Of a stretch of DNA of 64,000 nt, positions 11,654 to 23,500 are shown one piece after another; the stretch's first letter is position 1; each line of letters starts with the position of its first letter. Made by a program: the position numbers and the translations under genes. Source of the stretch: Owenia fusiformis (Eukaryota); contig CAIIXF020000001.1 of the NCBI GenBank assembly GCA_903813345.2, forward strand, positions 28,396,001-28,460,000, written 5' to 3'. The notes under the pieces were generated by a model. It did no database searches. It was not told where the DNA came from and saw only the letters and a program-made list of their open reading frames with translations.

Positions 11654-14653
11654 TTTTTGAGGTGGGGTGCCAGAAACTTTTATGATTTCATGATGTCACT
11701 TGGTGATTTCTAGGCACTTTTAAAGTATTTAGATTAACAAATGCAACTTCCAAACTTTTCAATTGTTTTGTGGGGGTTGTGAGGAGTGGCCCACTCCCCT
11801 TAAAAATTACTCTTTTGAGATGCTATTTGGTGCTTTCTAGGCACTTTCAATGTGTATGAGTCAATAAAATTTCTAATTTTTTGGGGGGGTGACAAAGAGG
11901 ATGAGAGGGTGAGGTGGGTGGGATACCAGAGGGGGAGTAAGGGGTTGTACCCAAGAAACATTGACCATATCAAGGTGCTACTTGGTGATGTCTGGGCACT
12001 TTAAAAGTGTCTGAGACCATGCATGAAATTCAGAATTTTTTCAATTGTTTTTAGGGGATGTGAGCGATGGCCTACTCTCCTAGAAAATTTTACAATTTTA
12101 AGATGATATTTGGTACTTTCTCCAGAGGATGCCAGAGGGGGAGATGGGGTTGACGTGCCAAGGGGGAGCAAGTGTTTTGGCGGGGGGGGGGGGGTGTCAA
12201 AGGAGAGGGGGCAGCTAGCAGAAGGATAGGTGGGGTGAGGATTCCAGAGGGGAGCAACTTTTTGTCCCCCAGCAAACATTGACCATATCAAGGTGCTATT
12301 TGGTGAAGTCTGGGCACTTCATTTGGGGGGATGTGAGGGGTGGCCTACTTCCCTAGAAATTTTTACAATTTGAAGATGCAATCTGGTGGTTTCTGGGCAC
12401 TTTCAAAATGCATGAGTAAATAAAAAAAATGAAAAAATCACAATTCTTTTTTTGGGTGGAGATGTCAAAGGGGAAGTGGGGTGAGGATGCCAGAAGGTGG
12501 GGGGGGGGGCAAGTATTAGTGCCCCAGAAACATTGACTATACCAAGGAGCTATTTGATAATATCTTTCCACTTTAAAAGTGTCAGAGACAATACATAAGT
12601 TGTATGTACATTTCAGTTGTTTTGTGGCGATGTGAGGGGTGGACCACTCCCCCTATAAAATTTTACAATTTTAAGATGCTATTTGGTGCTCTCTGGGCAC
12701 TTTCAAAGTGTATGAGTCAATGAAAAAAATAGAAAAAATTGTATTTTTCAAAAGAAAAGTTTCAAATTTTTTCTTTCAAATTTCCCCTCCCCCATCTGAT
12801 GGCCCTGGTTCACTAGACCAGTGATTGGTGGTGAGTGACTGATACCCCTGTGGGTCTGATTTGCGTTTTTCTTATTTTGATATTGTATGACTCAAAAATG
12901 GCTGTGGATGCATGAAAGTACAAAATAGAAGGCTATATATGGTATTATGTTGATGATAAACACATACACCCTGGACGAAGTGATAAGGTCAAAACAAGTG
13001 GCTCTGATTTAGGAAAAAACGATCTTCCTAAAAATTAATAATTTTTGTACCCCAATTTTTGTAAGGTTAAATTCTTGTGGACAAAGAGGAGAATCATATA
13101 CAATTTTGTATTATGTTCAAGTGGTACATCTTAAACTACTCAGTCCGTGTGTTTTAAATTGAATGGAACGCGCATTAGTGGCTGGAGTGTAAATTAAAGT
13201 TGAGAATTATATCTCCCGCTAAAAATTACGATTTTATATTGTCAAAATATCTTTCATTGATGATCAATGATGCATATAAACGTTCATGCACACCGAGATT
13301 GTATGTTTCTTTTCGTATGTGCATTTACAGCATCGACAGTTATTTTAATTTGATGTGATGCCTATTGTTTTACTCCCGACGACGAACATTTGAGGAAAAT
13401 AAGCGGTTATTGATTTGCGATGGTGATTTGTGATAAAACGCGGCTTTCTATACCTGATTTAGTTTCATTAATTTAACGTTTTCCAGTCATGTCCTATGAC
13501 AATCGCCGTTATGAAGCGTCGAAAATCTCTTTATATTACATCAAGTCATGTGGAAGTGGCCTTTGGATGAAATAAGAGTCTAAGATACATGCAGCTTGTT
13601 AGACGTACGATGCCCGTTGTCAACGCAAAGTCCAAAGATCTGGATGTCAAAACAACCCCTTTATTTACACTGCCATTGCACATGAATGGGAATTATGTTT
13701 ATGTCCACTATTTTAGTAAATCGTCTTGGACATTTACTATAGAACAAATCATTTGCCTTACTGTATCTTTTGTTTAGCCTGAGAAGCAGTCACAGTGATT
13801 GTTTAGATTTTTGATTCAATCTCATTAATTTTGATGAAGCCCTCTTTTAAGCAGTTTAGTCGAATGAATGCAAAGGAATAATATAATGTATTTGTTAAAG
13901 TTCCACTTTTTAAAAAAATAACAATAGTGTTAATAAAGTTTTCAAAAATAAACTTTATTCTATCATCTATATCTGTGTAAAGAACTATACAATTAAGAAA
14001 ACAAATAACTACAGTACAGTGTTGATATTTGCACTTTTGTGTTGATAATTACCTATAATATTAATGTAATTACCTTTAATAATCATATAATTACCTATAA
14101 TAATTATTCCAAAATATGATTAAAATTGTTACTCAAATAGTTATGACTAACAGTTATTATAAAAATAAGGTCAGGTATGCATTAGGTATGCATTACAAAA
14201 TTGTATGACCAGAATCATGACAAAGTATATATATAAGAATACCCTTTTCTTCAATTGCAATTTATGAATTATCAAAAATATATTTCACTTCATCAATCAT
14301 CACTTGTATAAATCTAGATTTTCTTCATCCTAGTATAAATTAATAAAAACAGAGGTAACAAAATAATTTGCTATCTATGACATGTCAAACATGTAGAGCT
14401 ATCTAGTATATATTTCATATACAGTGCCCCAAACAAACATAATATAAGTATTTCACATTTTAAAACTCATCTTTAAAATCATTTTAACATGTAGCCTAGT
14501 GGCTCAACAATGTTTTGGTCACAAGGCTTGCAATTAGTAAATTAAATAACTCTGAAGCATGCTTACTAAAGACATTAAATTACCCCATTAAACAGTATGT
14601 AGTATTATGCTTATAAAAATGTACTTGCATTTTTTAATTATTTATAATACACA

Positions 14654-14846
14654 ATGATTTAGTTTTGCAATATTTCAATTTATTCTATAAATATTTTTCA
14701 AGCAACTGAATATTGTTTTTATAATTAAGACTTTGACTAACTAATATGTGTGGTTTTAGTCAATGACGTCATAATTATGAGAAAAATATTCAGTTGCTTG
14801 AAAAATATTGATAGAATAAATTTTGAATATTGCAAAACTAAATCAT
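14654..14846. repeat. ~61-bp inverted repeat pair (hairpin or MITE remnant)
   Basis: ATGATTTAGTTTTGCAATATT...CAACTGAATATT (14654-14714) is near-complementary to 14785-14846. Confidence 0.75.
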
Positions 14847-15205
14847 GTTGTTATTAAAACAACTTCTTTATAGGAAATACAAATAATAATGAAAACTTAA
14901 TAGCTATGCCTTTTATAAATATCACTCAGAATTGTACTACTGTAGTGTTGCATATCATTTGCATTCAATCTGTTCCTAATAGCAATCTAGTACATATGCA
15001 CACTGCACAGAGTGATACAATCATTTTTGCCCTCTAATTTTGAAAATATTTGAATTTTTCAATCATAATTAAATGTTCTTAAATTATCTTATTAATTTCT
15101 AATACAACAAGAATACAGTTAAACTATTTTTTTTCAAAATCTGGCTTTGTCAATATTAACCTAATAAGCAAGTCAACTCAAAAATGTAATGACACATTAA
15201 TAATA

Positions 15206-16541
15206 CTAACATTGATAATTTTCAGGAAAGCAGTTTGTATGCACAAAACATGAATATCTGATAAAAATATCTTCAATATTTTCATCTAGCATCTGTATCG
15301 TTGCATTGCCATCTGTGGAACTGTGTGCTTCATTGCTGTGACAAGATTTCAAATTTATTATATCATTCATTTCATTGGTGGTTTCATTTTCAATTTTATT
15401 TTCAATTTCATTTTCTTTTTCAATGTTATTATCCATTGTTGTACGACATTTCATTTCATTGTTACTGTCAATATCTAATTTTGAGCATTTAGATACATGG
15501 GGAACATCACTGTCCAAGGGTGTATTCCCATTTCGCCCCTTCCCATTTCGCCCCTCATTTATTCCCATTTCGCTCCTTTCCCATTTTGCCCCTTTGCCAT
15601 TTCACCCCTTTCCCGTGTTGCCCCTTTCCCATATCGCCCCTTTCCCTTATCGCCCCTTCCCATTTCGCCCCTTCCCATGTAGCCCCTTCTCCATTTCACC
15701 CCTTCCCATTTCGCCCCTTCCCATCTCGCCCCTTCCCATTTCGCCCCTCATTTATTCCCATTTTGCCCCTTCCCAATTGGCCCCTTCCCATTTCGCCCCT
15801 TCACTTTTCGCCCCTTCCCAATTGGCCCCTTTCCCATTTTGCCCCTTTGCCTGATTTAAGGTCATTGGGACTCTTGTGAACCTCTGTGACCTATGATTAA
15901 GTGAACTAAGGTCAAGGTCATTGCAAGGTCAAGGGTCAGTATCTAGGTATTTTATTTTTTAATACCAAGGGGCGAAATGGGAATGAACGAGGGGCGAAAT
16001 GGGAAAGGGGCCAATTGGGAAAGGGCGAAATGGGAATAAATGAGGGGCGAAATGGTAAGGGGCAAAATGGGAAGGGGCCAATTGGGAAAGGGTGAATTGG
16101 GAAGGGGCGAAGGGGGAATGAGGGGCGAAATGGGAAGGGGGCATAATGGGACGGGGGCGAAATGGGAAAGGGGCAATTTGGGAAAGGGGCAAAATGGGAA
16201 GGGGTGAAATGGGAAGGGGCCAAATGGGAATAAATGAGGGGCAAAATGGGAAGGGGCAAAGTGGGAAGGGGCGAAATGGGAAGACAACCTGTCCAAGTAC
16301 TGGGCTATTGATATTGTCATGGAGTCCTGATCCCGAATCACTATTTTTTTGCCACTGGCTTCGATCTCACTGGGAATCACATCTGAGAAATTTTTTGTTA
16401 TCAATTTAATCGTTCCATTCACATTAATAATTTTTCTGATTTTCATTTCATTTTCAGGATGTTTTAAAATCAAGTGTTGTATTATTGCATTAAATTGTTT
16501 TGTTTTCCCGTCACAATGGTAGCATTGGAAGCCTACACACC
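15206..16541 (-). pseudogene. Disrupted C2H2 zinc-finger ORF remnant inside the TIR element
   Basis: FQCYHCDGKTKQFNAIIQHLILKH (CxxC-x12-H-x3-4-H) follows acceptor TTTCAG at ~16542. The frame ...AQYLD|SDVPHVSK... is restored when the 15519-16288 insertion and one TSD copy are removed. Confidence 0.6.
15519..16288. mobile_element. Foldback/Mutator-like MITE with tandem 15-mer subterminal repeats
   Basis: 9-bp TSD CTGTCCAAG (15510-15518, 16289-16297). Termini GGTGTATTCCC / GGGAAGACAAC. Both arms are built from ~TTCCCATTTCGCCCC repeats in inverted orientation. Confidence 0.9.
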
Positions 16542-17564
16542 TGAAAGTAAACAAGTGATTAATTAGACATCCATTCCACGTATTTTCCATATATTCTGTG
16601 GGAATCAGAGCCGCGTTTTTTCCAGAAAATAAATCTAATCTCGTCTCAGGGACGTAAATTACTTCTTGTATTAGAAAAATAATGGTGATATGACATTCCC
16701 TGGTTCATAAACTATCATATCGCCAAATATCAATGCATTTGAAACAGAGTATCTACCATTTTTTCGAAAATAATCAAAAAAAAATATTGCGGTTATTTAC
16801 AAAAATATATTATTTCAATTCGTATTCATTTCGTTTCTTAGTATTAATCGTTACAATATTATATATAGAGAGGTGGATATGTCTTGGATCAATGTACCGA
16901 GTTTGAACATGTCAGGTGGCCAAGAAAGGGTATAATTTAAAGAAATAAACTCACCCCTGCTCTGCCATGTTTATTTTTAGGAAGATCGTTTTTTCCTAAA
17001 TCAGAGCCACTTGTTTTGACCTTATCACTTCGTCCAGGGTGACATATGAAAGTGACAATACAGTAGTTGTTGTTTACAATTTTACATAAGCATTAAACCC
17101 CCACTTTTACTTTTGGCCGAAATGGTGTAACCCTTTTCTGAAATTTACATGTAAGTCCTTCCATGATACAAATTGCAAGCACAATCTCCATTGAGTCAAG
17201 CACAGCACATAAAAGGAATGAAATGCAACTACCTTGCTTAGGCCTGGTATTTAGGCTTTTGCCAAGGGGCTTACTTTCAAAACAAAAAAATTCTAGGGGG
17301 TTCACATTTGACAACTTTCCTAAAATCCTTGATGGAAATTTCTCAGAAATGGTGAAAAACTGCATGATTTTGAAGAATTTTTCTGAGATCATTACTATGG
17401 AGAAAATCCAGATACTTCTGGACAGTACAAATTCATGGCCTTTGGTGATGAAAATGCTTGTACCTACATGCATTTGTTCTTATGAGATCATAATTTAAAT
17501 CAATCTTTTATTTGTTTCAGCTTCTCTGTTGATTGCAAATGCAGACAAAGACATAATCATTGTG

Positions 17565-20500
17565 ATGGCAGAGAAAAAAGTTGTGACACAAATCTCCACC
17601 CCAAAGCTACAGAGAGAGGGAGGGGGATTTCTAGTCCGCAAGGTGATTGGTGGAATTATCCCATCATGTGACCCTTTCCTTATGTTGGACCACATTGGTA
17701 AGATTTACTCTACTGATCATATGATGGGGAGGGGGTTGTGGTATTAACCCTATGATTATGAGTTTTTTTTTAAAAAACACCTTAAATGGGTGTTTTTCTT
17801 TGTTTGAATATATAGTCTAAATATTTATAGACATGCAGGTGTACACCTGGGACTGAGAAAAAGTGTTCAAACTGAGAGGTGTTTGGATGAGAGGTATTCG
17901 GATATAAGTTTAACTAATACATGTATCACTAGCGTATGATTGGTAAACTCAGTGGATTAAGATTTCTATCATATTCATCAAGGTGATGTTGGTGCAACTG
18001 AGACCTGATGAATCAAGATATCAAGGACTTTAATGTTGTCAGCACTTGCATGCAACTCTTCACACCTTTTAATATGGATGTTTTAGCCATGTTTTATTGT
18101 TCCACCATTGTTGGTCAATATTCAGCTTTCTGAAAATGGTCTCATCAATATATGTAGCCTTACATGCCTTATAATCCATTGACAGTTCAGCCCTTTCATT
18201 TAACATGGCGCATGTGGTGAATTGGACCACACAGGAACAAAATCTACAGTGTACCTGTTGTTTTCAGAAATACACTGGTTTTATACATGTCACTGACTCA
18301 AAATAATATATTTCCTGTCTTCTTATGTAATCTTTCCTGTCTAGGTCTAATTTAATATAATACATTAGCGAAAGGGCTGATTATTGCCGATAAACATTGC
18401 ATAGCAAGATAATTGACTTTAGGTTCCTCTAATTGGATTTTGATAGATGATACTAGACATGTGTTTCCTCTCAAATTTTCTCACATGAAGTACAATGATC
18501 TTTCCAGTAATGAAGTAAGGGATATGGATCAACTTGAGATTTTGCAAATTATCTTCCATCCATGAGAAAAATCATGAAAAATAGCAAAGGACTGGTATCG
18601 ATATGGAGAACTGAATTTAACAATGTTTTTCTCTTAAACCAATCATTGAAAACATTCTGTAAAAAAACACAATATTTTATGTAATGTTGACTGATTGACA
18701 ACAATTTAATGTGAAAATTATTTAGAAATATTTTATATAACTGTTTTTGTTCACATTTCTTTTTGTTTTTTTAGTGCAATTGTTTTTGCTCCTTTGTACA
18801 AATTCTTGAGAATGAAATAAAATGTCTTTCCAAACCGTCTGAACAAAATAGCATATACAACATGTTTGTAGACCTCTCAATATTATAGTAATACAAAGGA
18901 ATTTTGGGTTGATTTTAAAAAAGTATTCAAAAAATTAAAACAAAATCCCCCCAAAATAGATAAAATTTAATTCATTAACAAGATACTTTTTAAAATCAAC
19001 CAAAATTTCCTTTGTACAATTACAATATTGAGAGACCTAAACATGTTGTATTTATGTCGTTTTGTTCCAATGAGGTTCGGAAAGATCTTTCATTTCACGT
19101 TGGAAACGTGATACCAAAAACAAAACAAGGGTTTGATATGTTTTCGTTTTCCAAAACAATATAGATGAAAGTATATATATTTTTCAAATGATATTGTTAC
19201 CATTCAGAAGATGACCATTAAATTGCAGTGTGTTAAATTTTTAGATTTTTTTATGACTGGTTTAAGAGAAATGTGTGTTCAAAAAGTTCTCCATATCGAT
19301 ACCACTCCTTTATGAAAATAAGAATTTTGCGATCACTAGATGAAATCATCTTGAGAACAAAGGATTTTTGATTTCTCCTGCATCTCCTCCATTAGAAAAC
19401 AAACTGATTACAATATAGCCCCATGGGTGCTATAAAAGAGACTTGGATTTGTATTCCACTCTTGGGTGCAATATTTTGATCAAATGGGCACAGGGATGGG
19501 TTGGTGTATGTGCCGCTGGATTTTGAATTAAAAATTTTGCCTATTTCCTGTCCTAAAATCCTGTCTGTTAAGTCTTATCTATGCATTTTTTATGGTATAA
19601 AATATCACACTATTTAGATTTTGCACATTCTGAGTAAATGTCAAAGTGACTTTTTGATTTTCCATCCTTAAATCTGTCTTCAGGTTCCAGATGAACCATT
19701 TCACACATTGATTTCATATTTTCAAGGAGGTTTCTTTGTATAAAAATCTCGAACTGATAAGATTTTGGGCATTCTGGATAAATGTTAAGGTGGTCATTTT
19801 TGATTTTCCTTCCTTAAATCTTGTCTGTAGAGTCTTGTCTATATATTTCTGGGTGAACTGTTTGATTGATTGATTTCAAATTTTCATGAATGTTCCTTTT
19901 TTATGAAAATATCGAACTGAATAGTTTTCTGGGTAAATGTTATGGTGGCCATTTTGGATATTTCATCCTAAAATCATGTATTCACATTGTCAAGATGAAC
20001 CATTCGATGGATTGATCTGAAAATTCTTCTTGGTATGAAATTTTAGAATTGCTTAGCTTTTGGCAATTCTAGGTAAATGTTAAGGTGGCCATTTTGGACT
20101 TTCCAGCCCAAAAATTGTATTTTCCTTTCAAGGGTGTTATACTGCTCAACCTGTGTCTAATTCCGTATATTAGGGCAATTTTTCAGGGATAGATAATATT
20201 GTTCAAAAACAAATGGTTTGGGAAAGGAGAAAGCCATATATTTACTTATTTGTAGCAACATCAATAATGTCTACATCAATAATCTGCAAAAGGCTAATAA
20301 GCCCATTTAAAGTAGCTACCCTTTATTATGACATCAAAACACATTTTGTTTGTTCAATCTGAAAGTAAGGATTGGAACTGTTTACCACTAGGGGGACTTC
20401 ATGTCTGCTTATTCATTTTCCCCATCTTCCAAATCAGTCTTTATTAGTCTCCTGAACCTACCCCCACCCCCTTTCTCAATCTAACAAAAGAAAATAGATA

Positions 20501-23500
20501 GGTGGAAGAGGTGCCCAGAGTCTTTTTGCAAGGTTACCTGTTGACTTATGCAGCACTCCAAAATCAAAGTGTATTCCTTGCCTGCTATTTGCTTTTTTCT
20601 GTTTGCATGTCTGCAACAAATCTTTTTTTTCTCCAGGTCCAGTAGACAACAAACCTGGAGAGTCAGTAGGGGCACCAGACCATCCACATCGAGGTTTTGA
20701 AACTGTCACTTATGTTATAGATGGGGGTATTAAGCATAAGGATTCTGAAGGCAACAAAGGTAAAGGTTGTTTTTGTAGATTTATGAAGCTGGAAATGTTT
20801 CACTCACTACAGTAGATGGCATTTCATATTTGATGAAATTTCATTTCTTAACTGTTATGTCACCACCAGAACTTCTTTGTGGACGGTGTTCAGCGGTCTG
20901 TGGTTGGCAGTCAGCATCTGTAACAAATGGCAGGTGGTGACATTTTGCATGTTTATACCTACTAATGATATTTTTAGAGCCATCATTTTTTGTGACTGGC
21001 ACTTTGGTGACAATTTATTGTTGCTAACATTTTTTATTCATTTTTTTGTATTTTTTGAACTGAATTGATATTTTACATTTTATATTCCCTAAAAGTTGTG
21101 TTAAATTCAGAATGAGAGTTTTTTGTATCCAATATAAGCTTTACAAACATAGTGTGAAAACTCATTTGCAGCACCTCACTGCCTCAGTCTATTGACAAGC
21201 ATAGATTGTGAACACAGCCTAGACTTGCCTAAATACACAATTCTTCATGTAAAAGGAATGAAATCAAAACAAAAAATGATTTATCATACTGAACAATCAA
21301 AATAACGCGTAACCATTATTAATGGATCACCCTGTATATTTTGTCCAGGTAATCTGAAGGAGGGTTGGGTGCAGTGGATGACTGCAGGGCGGGGAATTGT
21401 ACATGCAGAGATGCCAACTGATGAAATCATGGAGAATGGGGGACGCATGGAAGGCTTCCAGTTGTGGACTAATTTACCAGCAAAGGTTAGTAGATGGACT
21501 AGTTTATTTAGTTGATATTTCAGAAGCACATTCGAGAAATGGTCATATGACAGTGGATTACTCATGTCATGAGACAAGTGAAAATCCCTGCAGTGTACAT
21601 GTATGTATTGGCACATGTGTATGCATCTGTTATGAAGGTTTAAATGCATTGAGATCAATTATAAAGGATCAAATTGGCTAAGAAAATGGGAGAATACATT
21701 GTATCAAAGAAATGCATCTAAAAAAGCGGCAATACCAGAAAGTAAGTGCAGTAAAACTTGTCTAAGTAGAACATCTTGGTACAATGTGATGGGAGGTGTT
21801 ACATTGATAGAGGTTCATTAAACATTAAGTCAATTGGTCTTGGGACTCTAAAGTCTTCCACTAACAGAGGTGTTCCACTTCTAGATCTAGAGGTGTTCCC
21901 ACTTTACAGGTTTCACTGTAAGCTAATTTCTGACTTGAAACTAATGATTAGGGACCTACCCCCCCAGGGATGCCTTGGGGTCTATTTAATGATTGGACTA
22001 GACATGAGTCATATCAAATCATGTTATTTCATTGTGTACACTTATTACACACATTTTTTAAGTGCTGTAACTTGTTCCGTGAGTGTAAAAATGAAACTAG
22101 ACTGAGGCTGTGATTTTCAGTTATCAGATTTGGTTCAGATTTTACATGCTTATATGTTTAGGACTCTGCTAAAAAGGGGTTTTCAGCATGGCTACTTTTT
22201 CACACATTGGGTATAGGCTTTACCAACATGAGACAGTACTACTGCATGCATGCCTGGTTATTTTTTCAAAATGATGAGTAATTTGATAAAATACATGTAT
22301 GTTTAGTTTGGTGGGATTTGCTACTCCTGGAAGTTGCTGTTTGTCAAGTTTTGAGAATTATATGTTGGCAACTTTTTTAATAGCTTTAGCCATGATCATT
22401 TTTAGGCTTAAAATGGAACTGAAATGATATACCCATTGCTTGAACTAAGTTATCTTCTTTGGTATAGTGGTAGTGACACATCTGAGATGTCACTAAAACC
22501 TTGTTGAAAGTTGCCATCTATATGTCATCTTACTCATTTTGATTTGCAAAGATTCCTGCTCTCATTATCTTTTTTAGGAACATATGATCAGGAGAATAAA
22601 ATATGAAGTCTTTATTTCATATCTTACATATCAAACATCTTCTGTTCTTTCTATATTTACATGTTTGTCATATAATGTCTTCAGTCCTCATGTGAGATGA
22701 AGCTTGCAAATCAACATCATATCCTAACTTACAGTCTCTATATCGTTACCATCTTTCTTTATTGAAATGAAGTTTTAAACTTGTAGAATTTTATTGTCAG
22801 ATAAATGATGCACTTGTTACAAAATTGTTTATCTATTTTGAATAGTGAGGTTCAGAAAACAAAATAAATTATCCAAATATTTTCAGATCATTTTAGAATG
22901 AACTACATACTGTATATTGACAACTGAACAATAAAAAAATAATGAGTTTCAAACCTTCATCAGTAAGGAGTGAGGATAAATAGTGGAAAGCTATGAACCT
23001 TTAGTACATGAGTACAAAATGAACATGTAGTGTAAAATGGGTCCAAAACATTGTTTCATAATTGTCTTATATGTACTGTTACAGTATTCATGAATTGTTA
23101 GATCTCTAACATAGACTTAAGTCTATCTATGTGTTCCAAATCAGGATGTGACTGTCCTTTCTGCAGTGTATTCAACATCTCAGTAGCTTTTGTTAAATTA
23201 TGAATGACTGTCTCTGCATTTTCTTTCAATTCAAGTTGTGCTTCGGCCAAAAGAATGAATGATTCTACAATATCACCATGGTTGGCTTCATTGCCATATA
23301 TTTGCCTTGCTGCGTCTAAAGCTAACTGATGGTATGCAATTGCTTCATTACTATTGTTTAGTATGCGTGACACTGTCCCAATTTTATTGTAGATTTTCCC
23401 CATGTCCAGGTAGGCTGATCTTTGTTCATCTGAAATATTCTCCAATTGCTTGAGTGATCGGTTGAGTTGAATTGAAGCCTCGGACAGGTCCCCTTTTAAA

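Larger units (their letters stand above)
12967..17041. mobile_element. 4.07-kb non-autonomous DNA transposon with 69-bp perfect TIRs, CAC termini and 5-bp TSD (Transib/RAG-like signature)
   Basis: TIR CACCCTGGACGAAGTGATAAGGTCAAAACAAGTGGCTCTGATTTAGG... at 12967-13035, inverted at 16973-17041. TSD ACATA at 12962-12966 and 17042-17046. Confidence 0.9.

Noticed and set aside
15375-16409. Several Pro/Phe-rich or Gly-rich ORFs
   Set aside because: They are translations of the 15-mer repeats of the foldback MITE.
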